A stretch of 64,000 nt of DNA from Phycisphaerae bacterium (GTDB lineage: Bacteria; Planctomycetota; Phycisphaerae; UBA1845). The stretch lies in contig CAXXGO010000005.1 of NCBI GenBank assembly GCA_963666835.2, forward strand, positions 192,001-256,000. Reading direction: 5' to 3'. The translations under genes were made by a program, and so were the position numbers. A model generated the notes under the pieces. It was not told where the DNA came from, did not search any database, and saw nothing but the letters and a program-made list of their open reading frames with translations. Shown piece after piece: positions 30,047 through 42,072 of this stretch (positions are counted from its first letter, which is position 1; every line of letters begins with the position of its first letter).

Positions 30047-32440
30047 CTATGGGCAGGCTGCGGGGTCGCTGAACGAATACGCGAGCCCCTTGAAGCCGTT
30101 TACGACCTGCATAACGTCGCTCATATTGACAACTTGGTTGGGAATCTCGGGATCAATGTCCACCCAGAAGAGCGGTGGAGCAGTCGGAGCGGCTTTGAAG
30201 TACTGAATAACACCCATGATGTCGTCCATGCTCACCACTCCATTGGGAACGTCCCACTCGGTTCCCGTGAAGGGCCCGGCAACGTCGGCCCATTTCTTGG
30301 GAGTAGGCTCCTCGACGGTGGTTAGCTCTGCAGGATCGCTGAAGAACACGGCGTCTATGGTAGATCGAATGGAGTACGTTGCGGCCGGGACCACTTCGCA
30401 ATCGGCGACGTGGACCAGGGCGGGCCAATCATCTGCGTATCGTGGTTCTGAGACTATCGGGGCGATGTTGTCGGCGTCCGGTTCGCCGATCCAACCGACC
30501 ACCCCGGTGGATCCCGGAAAGTGTGTGCTGGAGGTCATCTCCACCTGGAACGCCACATAGTCGTTATTGTTGGGCAGGAACGACAGGTAGCGGTTGCACG
30601 GTACATCATACGGGGCTTCGGCCGGCAGGGGGGCGTTCAGTTCGAGAGGAACCTCGACTACCGAGGTCCGCAGAATCCACTCGTCCGGATCCAACTCCAG
30701 CTCAGTTACCTCGCCGGTGACGGGGACGGAGAACCCCTGGTCACGCTGGTCATTCCAGACGGTAATGGTCTGGGGGCTGCCGTCGATGGTTGCAGCGAAT
30801 TCTATCGGGGATACAAAGACCTCGGGGTAGCTGGGGTCTTGTACCTGGCGGACCTGGATGAGAAGAGCTTGCCGGTCGTCTGTCGTGGAAGTTGTCCAAC
30901 CGAATTCATACGCCGGGGCTCCGATCTGGTACACCCATTGGTCGAAGAACCAGGTAAGGTCCGAGCCGTAGGCGGCCGAAGCCACTGCAACGAAGTCGTC
31001 AGTGGTAGCGGCCGAGAAGGCGTAGGCGGCACGGTAGTCCGCGAGAATGTCGAAGAACACGCCGTCTCCCACAAGGTGACGCAGTTGATGCAAGACCCAA
31101 GCTGCTTTGTTGTAGCTGAAGTTGGTGTTCAGGATGCGCGCAAAGGCGAGCTGCTCTTCAGGGATGTACACGGATCCGTTCACATTAGTAGGCTTGCGAG
31201 CCTGAATCCTGGCGAAATACGCCGCCGGATCTGACGTGCCGCTTTCGAATTCCTTCCAAAGGCACTCGCTGTACGAAGCGAAGCCCTCATTCAGCCAAAT
31301 GTCGCTCCACGTCTTGCACGTAATCATGTCTCCCCACCATTGGTGGGACAACTCGTGCGCGGTGAGGATCTCGTCGAACGACCCTTGTCCGGTCATGGTT
31401 TGATGCTCCATGCCGCCGCCGTATGGGAAGAAGTAGATTCCGTATTTCTCGTCGATGAAGGGGTATTCCCCGTACAGAGAGGTGTAGACGTCGAGCATGT
31501 CCGTAACCCGTTCCCACGCCGCACGGTTCGCCGGAGTGTCGTTCCACTGATAGATAAAGAACTGAACGGGCATGGTGCCGCCCGGGTGGGTGTAGTCGAT
31601 TGTCCACGTGTTGTACTCGGTGGCCGCGAAACTCACGAGATAGCTGGCGATGGGGTAGTCCGTAGCCCAGTTGAATCGGGCCCGGCCGCCCGAGAGGGCG
31701 TCCACGCTTTGGAGCAGCCCGTTCGAGGGAACGGTCAGGTTACCCGGTACGGTGATTGAGAACTCCAGAGTGGCCTTGTCGGACTTGTCGCCCGGGGTGT
31801 TGACGTCGTCATCCTTGGAAGGCCACCAAGTGTATGCGTAATACGGTTGGCTGAGTGACGAGACTACCGGAGCACCGCCGATTTGAGTGGTTACGTCGAT
31901 CGAGCCGAAGCCCATCGACACGGTAGTGCCGGTGTACTCGATAGTCAGAGTGAACTCCTCGCCGATTCCGTACGCCCGATCCAGAGTCGCGACCCGCGTG
32001 GTGCTGCTCTCCGTGCTTACGGTGACTGGTGTGACGTCGTTCACGAACGACCCGGTAATCGTGTACTGCTCACGCAGGCGAAACGTGAACTCCGTTAAAG
32101 CGGCCGACTCGCTTCGGATCGTCATCCGGTTGCTGCCCGTGATCGTGCAGTCGTGATTGCTCGTATCGATGTCGGTGATCTCGATGTCCAACTCGTAATG
32201 AAGGACGTCGGTATCCTCGGCGGCTTCGTACATCCGGGCTCCGCTGCCCGTTGTCAGTTCGTCAGCGGCGGCGTGGCCGGCCAGTTCCTCGGCCTTCTCG
32301 TCCGTAAGGAACGACTCCTTGTCGTACTTGCCTGCTCTCTCGGGGGTGGGGTCCCCGTCCGCGACGGCGATGGTTGCCAGGAGCAGGACCGTCAACGTGC
32401 AACGGATCCACAAGCTTGTGCGGCGATAGACATCGAGCAT
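30047..32440 (-). CDS. Secreted M1 family aminopeptidase with C-terminal dockerin-like module
   Basis: DVLHYEL, GGMEH, HELSHQWWG..WLNEGFA and YNKA motifs; signal peptide. Confidence 0.93.
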   Translation of the reverse strand: MLDVYRRTSLWIRCTLTVLLLATIAVADGDPTPERAGKYDKESFLTDEKAEELAGHAAADELTTGSGARMYEAAEDTDVLHYELDIEITDIDTSNHDCTITGSNRMTIRSESAALTEFTFRLREQYTITGSFVNDVTPVTVSTESSTTRVATLDRAYGIGEEFTLTIEYTGTTVSMGFGSIDVTTQIGGAPVVSSLSQPYYAYTWWPSKDDDVNTPGDKSDKATLEFSITVPGNLTVPSNGLLQSVDALSGGRARFNWATDYPIASYLVSFAATEYNTWTIDYTHPGGTMPVQFFIYQWNDTPANRAAWERVTDMLDVYTSLYGEYPFIDEKYGIYFFPYGGGMEHQTMTGQGSFDEILTAHELSHQWWGDMITCKTWSDIWLNEGFASYSECLWKEFESGTSDPAAYFARIQARKPTNVNGSVYIPEEQLAFARILNTNFSYNKAAWVLHQLRHLVGDGVFFDILADYRAAYAFSAATTDDFVAVASAAYGSDLTWFFDQWVYQIGAPAYEFGWTTSTTDDRQALLIQVRQVQDPSYPEVFVSPIEFAATIDGSPQTITVWNDQRDQGFSVPVTGEVTELELDPDEWILRTSVVEVPLELNAPLPAEAPYDVPCNRYLSFLPNNNDYVAFQVEMTSSTHFPGSTGVVGWIGEPDADNIAPIVSEPRYADDWPALVHVADCEVVPAATYSIRSTIDAVFFSDPAELTTVEEPTPKKWADVAGPFTGTEWDVPNGVVSMDDIMGVIQYFKAAPTAPPLFWVDIDPEIPNQVVNMSDVMQVVNGFKGLAYSFSDPAACP

Positions 32441-32911
32441 TGTTGTCGACTCCGAATAAGTCGGTAATACGGGCAGGGCTTCCTTCTCCCCTCGCTGTTG
32501 CCCATGCTTCCTTCGACGCCGTACAGCGCGCACCTTACATGGCAGCGGCAACACGCGGCGAAGGTGTGACCCGTGTACCATTATAAGCAGATCGGGTGGT
32601 TGAAAGAAAGAAATGCTTCTCGGACGGGGGTGTTTGGTGGCTATATCCCACCGGTTCGCCCGAGAAGGTCGTTTCCATCGTCCCAAAGGTGCTGTAATGG
32701 AGCAAAGCCAGTGTTGATTGACTCCAGGCCGGACGGGGATGGCCCTGAAGCTGTTCGGGTAAGTACGACTTGACTTGCCAGGGGACGCGCGGGACCATGC
32801 GCGTTACACGTTCTGAAGGGCGGGCAGGCGGCAAATGGACGCCCTGTCCGGAGCCGGAGAGTGTTCTGCTCGTCCGGCGGAGTTCGGTGGTCTGCAACAG
32901 GAGGAACGCGC

Positions 32912-34075
32912 ATGGCCAACAACAATCCCGTCATTGTCGTACACGGAATCCAGGGCTCCTGGCTGAAGGACGAGTACCCGGTGGACTATCAGGACTCGGT
33001 TCTCTGGACGGGTATTTTGCGAAAGAAGTTTGAGTCTTTGCACTTGCATCCGGTGGACGCCGACGTCGACGCTGATGCCGGCCGGCTGATCAACCCGCAT
33101 CAGGCGGTACCGTTGGTTTATGAATCGCTGGTGGAGGAGATTCGAGAAGAACTCGAAGATCGGCATCCTTATGTGTACATGTTTACGTACGACTGGCGTA
33201 AAGATAATCGGCTGGCCGCGGCGCGGCTCGGCCAGTTTGTCGAGCGGGTCTTGCACATAGCCGGTGTACACGAGAGGTCGAAGACCCCGCCGGCGCCGAC
33301 GCCGAAGAAAGTGACGTTAATCGGTCACAGTATGGGCGGTCTGGTAATCAAATGGTATGTAACCAAGATCCTCGGGAAGGAGAAAGCTCCGGGGCGAATC
33401 GACAAGATTATCACGATCGCCACTCCGTGGCGCGGGAGCCTCAAAGCGGTCGAGGCCCTCTTGCCGGGGGCTCGTAATCTGTTCGGGGTGGAGAACAAGA
33501 AGTCGATGAGGCACGCGTCTCGGACCTTGCCGGGAATTTATCAGCTTCTGCCGGCTTGGCGACAGGCGATTGTCGAGATGCGAAGCGGGAAGCCGATGAA
33601 CGTCTTCGAACCGCAGACCTGGCAGAAGAATCTGTTGGCTGATTTGCGGCAGCGGTTCGGCGATAAGTTCTTCGGCAAGATGTTGGCCGATGCCAAGAAG
33701 TTCACCGCCGCAATCCGTCAGCCCTGGCCCCAGAAGTTGCGCTCCCGGATCTACCTGGCTTACGGGCACGAGACCGAAACGTGGTGGCAGGTTCCGGTCG
33801 ATACGAAGAAGGATAACTTCTTCCACTTCGATGACGTGCGGACTGGCCCCGGCAGCGCCGGCGTATCGGGCGGAGACGGTACCGTTCATGTGGTGTCGTC
33901 CATTCGTAGCGATGTTCCCGTGCGGAATCTGAAGGCAGACCTGCGAGAGACGTTCAAGGATTCCCTGGCCGGGCATCACGCCAACATGCCCAACCACAGC
34001 AACGTGCAGGACTGGGTGTTGGGGCTATTGGACGTGAACGAGCATGCCGGCGCCGCGTTCGAGTCGCCGCTGTAG
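32912..34075 (+). CDS. LCAT/PGAP1-like alpha/beta hydrolase (lipase/acyltransferase)
   Basis: VHGIQGS, YDWR, GHSMGG, ATPWRGS, GDGTV and terminal His; AGGAGG RBS. Confidence 0.88.
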   Translation: MANNNPVIVVHGIQGSWLKDEYPVDYQDSVLWTGILRKKFESLHLHPVDADVDADAGRLINPHQAVPLVYESLVEEIREELEDRHPYVYMFTYDWRKDNRLAAARLGQFVERVLHIAGVHERSKTPPAPTPKKVTLIGHSMGGLVIKWYVTKILGKEKAPGRIDKIITIATPWRGSLKAVEALLPGARNLFGVENKKSMRHASRTLPGIYQLLPAWRQAIVEMRSGKPMNVFEPQTWQKNLLADLRQRFGDKFFGKMLADAKKFTAAIRQPWPQKLRSRIYLAYGHETETWWQVPVDTKKDNFFHFDDVRTGPGSAGVSGGDGTVHVVSSIRSDVPVRNLKADLRETFKDSLAGHHANMPNHSNVQDWVLGLLDVNEHAGAAFESPL

Positions 34076-34134
34076 CGGAAGAGGGTGGCAAGCTGTTCGA
34101 GGAAGCCTCGGTTGAGTGTCTTAGTGGTGACTCT

Positions 34135-35574
<1,440 letters not shown>

Positions 35575-35674
35575 CAGCCTCCTGCAAACCGTTGAAGAGT
35601 CGGGGCATCGAAGTCTCTCGGCCGGCACCTTCACGTTCGAAGCCGTGTTGAGAGTCCGCAACCGCGCGAGCGCG

Positions 35675-35998
35675 TTAGCCTTGGGGCTCTTCTCTGCTGT
35701 ATAGGAACCACCGCTTCTTCGGGTTGCCGGAGCGCGGGGCCTGCCGGAGAAAATACACTATCCACACGCTGTCGTCACTCATGCGGATCTTGTAGTAATG
35801 CCTCCGCAGGTACAACTCGCCGCCCGCTCGGGCGCCCTCGCGCGATGATTGTTTCCAAGCGCCGAGCTGTTGCACGACTTCCAGGGAGTTATCCCGCCAG
35901 TCAAACCCGGCTGGCAGACCGGGCTCGCCTTGGCCCGTCGATCCGGTGTCCGATGTGCCCGAATGGGGGGTGATGGGCTCGCTGATCAGCTCGGTCAT
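35675..35998 (-). CDS. DUF6504-like small protein
   Basis: ISEPITP..PAGFDWR..W..HYYKI..WFL pattern. Confidence 0.65.
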   Translation of the reverse strand: MTELISEPITPHSGTSDTGSTGQGEPGLPAGFDWRDNSLEVVQQLGAWKQSSREGARAGGELYLRRHYYKIRMSDDSVWIVYFLRQAPRSGNPKKRWFLYSREEPQG

Positions 35999-36116
35999 GT
36001 TGGAGCGTCGCCTTCTTAGTTTCAAGACCGTGACGCGGTCCGATTCCACCGTCTGGCACTGCAGTGTCTTCTCGCACATGCAGGTGCGGATTCAATCCGC
36101 ACTGGGTCCCGTTCCT

Positions 36117-36141
36117 GCACTGCGCAAGAGCAGTGGCACAC
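36117..36141. repeat. REP-like palindrome family A copy
   Basis: GCACTGCGCAAGAGCAGTGGCACAC. Confidence 0.7.
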
Positions 36142-36180
36142 GCCTTGCCGGGGACGGGTTTGCTTTCCTTGCGCAAGACG

Positions 36181-37493
36181 CTACATGGTTCGGCGGGACG
36201 CACGCCGTCCGCGGCGTAGCGGCTGATCGTCGTCTCTGGTTGCGTCCGTCAAGATCGCCAGCGTCTCCACCTGTGAAGTCTGGGGGAACATGTCGAACAG
36301 CTCCACATGGCGGAGGCGAAAGCCGCCTTCGACCAACCGGGCCAAGTCCCGCAGCAGGGTAAGCGGGGCACACGAGAGATAGGCGATTCGGTCGGGCCGG
36401 TGCTCGATCAACGCCTCTATTACTCGGGCGTCCACTCCCTTACGCGGGGGGTTCACCGCGGCCACGAGGCGGCGCGCTCCCGCGCCTTCACAACGTAGCT
36501 TGCCGACGAGCATCGGGAGTTCCTGCTCTACAAGTCCGGTCATGAAGTTGACGTTGTCTAGCTTGTTCTCTCGGCGCATTGTCTGAGCAAGGGTGGTTGC
36601 TTCCGGGTTCTGCTCGATGCCCACGACCTGCCCGGCCGCGCGGGCCGCGATGAGCCCGATCGCCCCGACCCCGCAGTAAAGGTCCAGCAGCGTGTCTTCC
36701 TCTCTCAAATCGAGAGCTTCGATGATTGCTTCGTAGGCCTTTTCCGCCACGGCGGTGTTCACCTGGAAGAAGCTGGTCAGACCCAGCCGGACTCGGGTCT
36801 CGCACACGTCTTCTTCGAACCAATCACGCCCCGCGAGCGTTGTGGTTAGTCGGACCGAAGATCACGTTGCCTTTCGTGGGGTTGACATTTTGAACCACGC
36901 CGACGGCGCTCTCACATTGCCGCATCACCTGTCCGGCGAAGCTCGTCTACATGGCGGCGGTTGTCGGTGCGAGTGACGAGCCCGATGAGGATCTCGCGCG
37001 TGCGAAGCCCCTCGCGAACCGTTACGAAGCGGAGTTCCCCGGTGTGGACTACTTCGTCGTACAAGGGGATGCCGGACTGTTCGATCGCCGAGCGGACGAC
37101 ATCGAGCGTGCGGTTGATACGATCGGTCTGCACCGCGCAACCGGCGGTGTCGACTACATCGTGGGTGCCTTCACGATACAGCCCGAGGCGGATCCGCTTG
37201 TCAAGACTGACGTCGGATCCGCGAGCGGCAGGGGGGCTCGCCGAATCACTCTCGCGCCGTCCGGTCGGATCCGGCTCGTATGCCGGTACCAGCTTGGCTC
37301 GATTACGATAGCCGAGCGGGCTGGGGCTGGGAGTGATCTTACAGATGCTCTCGGCTTTGAAGCCGCCCAGCTCGGCTTCGGCGAAGAGGTCGCGGACTGC
37401 GCGCAGTTTGCGATCCAGTTGCTCGGCGTACGGCACGTCAATGACGCTGCATCCGCTGCACGCCGGAAGATGCCGGCAGAGGTTCGAGGTCAT
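36181..37493 (-). pseudogene. rlmD: 23S rRNA m5U methyltransferase RlmD/RumA, split by two frameshifts
   Basis: CxxxxxCSGC and YRNR in the 5' piece; FFQVN, DLYCGVG, NPPRKG, YLSC and DMFPQTSQVE in the 3' piece. The linker VVQNVNPTKGNVIFG lies in a third frame. Confidence 0.85.
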
Positions 37494-37501
37494 CTTGGAG
37501 C

Positions 37502-38521
37502 CTAGGCCGCCGCTTCGGACATCGTCGGAGTTTTGTCCAGAATCTCGCCGAGGACTTCGTCCGTGCTGACCCCTTCGGCCTCTCCTTCGAAATTAAGTAG
37601 CACGCGGTGCCGCATGGCCGGCAGGAAGACCTTCTGCACGTCGCTGAACGCCGTGTTGAATCGGCCGTCGAGCAGGGCGTGGAGCTTCGCCCCGAGAGTG
37701 AGAGCCTGCACGGCGCGCGGGCTCACGCCCCAGCGGACGTATTTGTTCGTGACGGCGACGGCATAGGGACCGTTCGGGTGAGAAGCCATCGCCGCGCGGA
37801 TGGCATAGTCCTGCACGTGCGGAGCCATCACCACCCGGCGGACGAGCTTCTGCGCCCCGCGGATGGCTTCGCCGCTCATAACCGCTTCGATTTCCGCGAC
37901 ATGACGCGAGGTGGTCCGCTCGACGATCGTGGTCAGCTCTTCCTTGCTGGAATAGCCGACGATCAGCTTGAACAGGAAGCGGTCCAACTGGGCTTCCGGT
38001 AGCGGATAAGTGCCTTCCTGCTCGATGGGGTTCTGAGTAGCCATTACGAAGAACGGTTCGTCGAGCTGATGGCGCGTGCGGCCGACTGTGACGGTGTGTT
38101 CCTGCATGGCTTCCAGCAGGGCGGACTGGGTCTTCGGGGTGGCCCGGTTGATTTCATCTGCGAGAATGATCTGCGCAAAAAGCGGACCCTTCTGGAACTC
38201 GAACTCGCGCCGGCCGCTGCCGGGATCCTCTTTGATAATCGTGGTGCCGATGATGTCGGCGGGCATGAGGTCGGGAGTGAACTGGATTCGCGAGAACTGC
38301 AGATCCACCGCCTGGGCCAGGGTGCGAATCAGATACGTCTTACCCAATCCGGGCACGCCTTCGATCAGAACGTGACCGCCGACGAAAAGGGCGGTCAGGA
38401 CGCCGTCGATAACCTCTTTGTGGCCGACGATCGCCTTCTCGATCTCGCTGCGCACCGCCTGAAACTTAGCGCGAAACTCGTCGGTGGCCTTTGCGACCGC
38501 CGGATCAACTCCCGAAGCCAT
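37502..38521 (-). CDS. moxR: MoxR family AAA+ ATPase
   Basis: GVPGLGKT, RIQFTPDLMPAD, DEINRA and ATQNPIEQEGTYPLPEAQLDRF motifs. Confidence 0.96.
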   Translation of the reverse strand: MASGVDPAVAKATDEFRAKFQAVRSEIEKAIVGHKEVIDGVLTALFVGGHVLIEGVPGLGKTYLIRTLAQAVDLQFSRIQFTPDLMPADIIGTTIIKEDPGSGRREFEFQKGPLFAQIILADEINRATPKTQSALLEAMQEHTVTVGRTRHQLDEPFFVMATQNPIEQEGTYPLPEAQLDRFLFKLIVGYSSKEELTTIVERTTSRHVAEIEAVMSGEAIRGAQKLVRRVVMAPHVQDYAIRAAMASHPNGPYAVAVTNKYVRWGVSPRAVQALTLGAKLHALLDGRFNTAFSDVQKVFLPAMRHRVLLNFEGEAEGVSTDEVLGEILDKTPTMSEAAA

Positions 38522-38732
38522 GACACACTCCTGTCGTATTACGCTGTTGTGCTCACATCTGCCGGCACGGCGTGTGAGCAGTTAACTCTGTTTGCCTCCT
38601 GCACACTCGTGCATAGGCGGTCCTGATCGAGCGACTCCTTCCGGAGTCGTGCTTGTACCCCATCGTAGCTGTGACGACGGGTTTACTGTTCGTGGTGCCG
38701 ACGGTGGGTGGGAGTCCCGGAATGGTGCAAGT

Positions 38733-38864
38733 TCCCCACCTCCAATGCGATGGACCACACGTTCGATTCGAGTCCCGCACCTCTAAAGAGATGGGCCACC
38801 CGGCAAAAAGATGGGCCACCCTTCCGGTTTGAGTCCCCCACCTCTAAAGAGATGGGCCACCCGG
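38733..38864. repeat. REP family D tandem cluster (GAGTCCCnCACCTCTAAAGAGATGGGCCACCC)
   Basis: Full copies at 38770-38803 and 38831-38864, a partial copy at 38806-38821, a degenerate copy at 38733, and a relative at ~50384-50414. Confidence 0.82.
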
Positions 38865-38892
38865 TCCGGGTTGTTACGGCACTCGGGGCTCC

Positions 38893-41800
38893 CTACGTTT
38901 CGTCCTTGTCCTCCATATTCCGGCGGGCGCGTCTCTTGGCCCGCAATAATCGTGAAGTTGCGTCGTCCGCCGAGTCGCCTTCCGCACCGGGGCGGGGCGG
39001 AGGCTTGCGCGGGCCGGGCTCGTCGGCCCGCGCTCCGCCGAGAGTCTCTCCCAGGTCGCCGGCGGGCTCGGCGGCCGCGGCATCGCCGACGTCGAACCGC
39101 CTGCCCGGCGTGGTCAGTGTCGGGGCATCGCCTTTTTCGCTAATTCGCTTCAAGCCCTCGTCGCGTTCGCTATCCATGTCGTCGCGAACGCGGTCCCGCG
39201 TGGTCTTGAGCTGGTCCAAGGAAGCCGCGCTACGGTCGCCGGTATGTGCCAGAGCGGTGACGCCACCGGTGATGAAGTCGAACAGCGGGCCGATATATCT
39301 GAACCGGATCGTCCAACCGATCAGCTCGGCCAGCAGGAAGGCCCCGAGCAGCCCCCACCACGATCCGTACCGCACGTCCAGGCCGAACAGCAATACCACC
39401 AGGATGACCAGCTCAACCGCGACGGACAGCGCCAGCCAGCTTGCCAGGCGACGCGCTGCCACATCCAGAAGAAAGACGGGGAGCAACAGCCAAGCCACGA
39501 CCCATTCCCAGGCCGGACGCTTTGCTTCGGTGGGCGGAAGATCGTGGCTGAAGACGTTGTCCTGTTTGGGCCCGGCATCCAGCCAGCGTCCACCGGTGAT
39601 GTCGACGATCTGACGCAACAGGGGCTCGTTCGGCATCAGGTCACGATACTCCGGCGAGAAAGGCACGGATAGTCCGGTTCGGACTGTGCCGACGTTCTTA
39701 CCCCGGTCGCCAATTCGGATGCTGGCCAGATAGTGCCCGGCCCGGTCGGCCTCAAACTCCGCCTGGTACTTGCCGGGGGCGATTTGGGTGAAACTGGCTG
39801 GGACCTCTTCGTTGTCCGGGCCGATGATCTTCGGGTCCAACTGCAAGTAGTTCAAATAGCCGGCGTTCTTATCCAGAGCGTCGATGACGATCTTCCCGCG
39901 ATTACCCTCGATGTGGGTGTAGGTATCGAAATTGGCCGGAGCCTCTTGGCGCATGCTCCAGCGCACGATCTGTGCCCAGAGCTTGGCGAACTTCGACCAG
40001 TTGGTCCACGATACTCCCCATTTGGGCCAGTACCCACTGGTAAACGCTACCGCCTTGCCAAGCTCATACTGCCAATGGACGAGCACCGGGTCCTCTCCGT
40101 CGTCCGTGGCCCGGATAATGGGAATGATGACGTTGGGACTCGACTTGGGCGACGTCAGGACCATTCCACCGAGGGGCGGTAAGGCCTCGGTCGCGGCGTT
40201 TATACCCCCGAGCAATTCGCTATGCGGCTGCATGATCTGCGGCTGAAACGGCTCGTCGATGATGAGCGGGCGGCGGACGATCTTGGACTCTTTAGAGAAG
40301 ATCTGGGGCAGTTGTCGCGGGTTGCGGGCCGGGTAGAACCGCCCGCCGGTTCTTTCCGCGATACGCCGCATTTCCGCCTGCATTACATGCCCGCCCCAGC
40401 CGATTGCGATGGTGGAAACGGTGATTTTGTCGCGGACATAATCGCTGATCAGCCTATCGCTGGGGCCTTGCGCGTCGCCGTCGCTGAGAATGATCACGTG
40501 TTTCTGGGCGGCATCTTTGCCGCGCCCGGTAGTCAGAGCCCGGTGAGCCATCTGCATGGTGCTGCCGAAGTCAGGCATGTCTCCGATCTGCATGCGATCG
40601 ATCTTTGCCTTGACCGCAGCCTTGTTCAAGTTCAGGTCGAGCGGGACTTCCCAGTTCTCGCCGCCGGGTGAGTAGGTATAGGCCAGAATGCCGACGTAGT
40701 CTTGTGAGCTAATTGTGTCGACGCTCTTTTTGGCCATCTCCTTTCCCCAGTAGTTGCCGCGGGGGATCTCACAGCTATGCATAATCAGCGCCAGCGCCCC
40801 GCGCGGAATCACCCGTTTGTGTTTGATCTCAAAAGAGACGGGCATGACTTCCTCGACCGGGCTGCCAATCCATCCACCGGCGCCGTAGCTCTCGTCTCCC
40901 CCGAGCATGATTAATCCGCTTCCCATGTCCTTGACATATGCGGCCAGCTCCTGCTGCTGCTGATCGGTGAAGGTGGCTGCGGGGATATTGGCGAGAACGA
41001 CTGCCGAGTACTTCATCATCTGGAGGAGCCCGAATCGCCCCAACTCGGCTATATCTCGCAGTTCGACGCGGACGTTCTCGCTCTGCAGAGCTTCGGCAAG
41101 CGGTCGATCGAATTCCGGATCGGACGAGAGCAGCAGGACTCGGCTCGCCCCCGAGACGAATGTAAACGCCCGAGAGGAGTTGTTCATCGCGATCGTGTCC
41201 ATCGTGTCGTCGTCAGGACGGAAACGTGCTTCGTACGTTTGCACCCCGGATGCCTCAGCGGGGAGCTTCATGAAGAAGGTATTGGCGCCGCTTTTGAGCT
41301 CGACCCGCGCCGCCGACTCCGGGATCTCCAGAAGCTCACCGTCGACGTATAGAGAGATTGACCCGGTGGTCGGTCGGTGAGAATTCAGGACCATGCGGAG
41401 GGCGACCTGTTCGCCCGGTTCCGCGTGCGTCGGGACGATGAGACGGTCGAAATAGACTTCGTTCTGATGCTCGTATTGCAGCGGCAGGACATCGACTGGT
41501 ATGCCGTCAGCCTTGGCCCGGCGGACCTCGGTCAGCACATCACCCATGTTATCGTTGCCGTCCGACATCAGCACGATGCGTTTGGACGTATCGTGCGGAA
41601 ACATGGCCATCGCCAGCCGCATTGCCGAGGCGACGTCCGTCCGGTCCGTTCCGGGCATGACGTCCAGCCGTCCGGGCGACAGAAAATACCCTCCGCGCAT
41701 CGGCTTCTGGTGAAGAAAGGCGTTGCGGGCGAAGGCGATCATGCCGACTCGATCGTCGGGAGGGAGGTCGTGACTTGCCTCGCGGATGTACTCATCCTGA

Positions 41801-42072
41801 TAATCCTGCCGATCTTGCACGCTGTGCGAGCGGTCCATCAGGAAAATCACAGTCAGGTCATCGTTGCGTTGGACCCGCTGCACGCCGGCCAGGCAGATTG
41901 CGATCAGGACGACCAGCGCGCTTCGGATTGCCAGAGCCAGGATCCTGCGGGTCGGCTCGAGCCCCGCCAGGCTTCGGAGAGAAGCGGCGACCAAGACGGG
42001 TACGAGGAGCGTCAGCCACAGCCAATCCGGCTGCTCGAACTCAATCGGCAGTGTGAGTGCTATGATACTCAT
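38893..42072 (-). CDS. Membrane protein with two vWA domains and a GATase1-like domain
   Basis: DRSHS MIDAS, LMSDGN, LIMLGG..GAGGW, ILSDGD and GKAVAFTS motifs; ATGA overlap with the upstream gene. Confidence 0.9.
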   Translation of the reverse strand: MSIIALTLPIEFEQPDWLWLTLLVPVLVAASLRSLAGLEPTRRILALAIRSALVVLIAICLAGVQRVQRNDDLTVIFLMDRSHSVQDRQDYQDEYIREASHDLPPDDRVGMIAFARNAFLHQKPMRGGYFLSPGRLDVMPGTDRTDVASAMRLAMAMFPHDTSKRIVLMSDGNDNMGDVLTEVRRAKADGIPVDVLPLQYEHQNEVYFDRLIVPTHAEPGEQVALRMVLNSHRPTTGSISLYVDGELLEIPESAARVELKSGANTFFMKLPAEASGVQTYEARFRPDDDTMDTIAMNNSSRAFTFVSGASRVLLLSSDPEFDRPLAEALQSENVRVELRDIAELGRFGLLQMMKYSAVVLANIPAATFTDQQQQELAAYVKDMGSGLIMLGGDESYGAGGWIGSPVEEVMPVSFEIKHKRVIPRGALALIMHSCEIPRGNYWGKEMAKKSVDTISSQDYVGILAYTYSPGGENWEVPLDLNLNKAAVKAKIDRMQIGDMPDFGSTMQMAHRALTTGRGKDAAQKHVIILSDGDAQGPSDRLISDYVRDKITVSTIAIGWGGHVMQAEMRRIAERTGGRFYPARNPRQLPQIFSKESKIVRRPLIIDEPFQPQIMQPHSELLGGINAATEALPPLGGMVLTSPKSSPNVIIPIIRATDDGEDPVLVHWQYELGKAVAFTSGYWPKWGVSWTNWSKFAKLWAQIVRWSMRQEAPANFDTYTHIEGNRGKIVIDALDKNAGYLNYLQLDPKIIGPDNEEVPASFTQIAPGKYQAEFEADRAGHYLASIRIGDRGKNVGTVRTGLSVPFSPEYRDLMPNEPLLRQIVDITGGRWLDAGPKQDNVFSHDLPPTEAKRPAWEWVVAWLLLPVFLLDVAARRLASWLALSVAVELVILVVLLFGLDVRYGSWWGLLGAFLLAELIGWTIRFRYIGPLFDFITGGVTALAHTGDRSAASLDQLKTTRDRVRDDMDSERDEGLKRISEKGDAPTLTTPGRRFDVGDAAAAEPAGDLGETLGGARADEPGPRKPPPRPGAEGDSADDATSRLLRAKRRARRNMEDKDET

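Noticed and set aside
36912..36914. TGA readthrough or selenocysteine in rlmD
   Set aside because: Homology continues in different frames, so frameshifts explain the break.
38750..38800. tRNA-like TTCGAGTCCC segment
   Set aside because: No cloverleaf can be built; it is part of REP family D.
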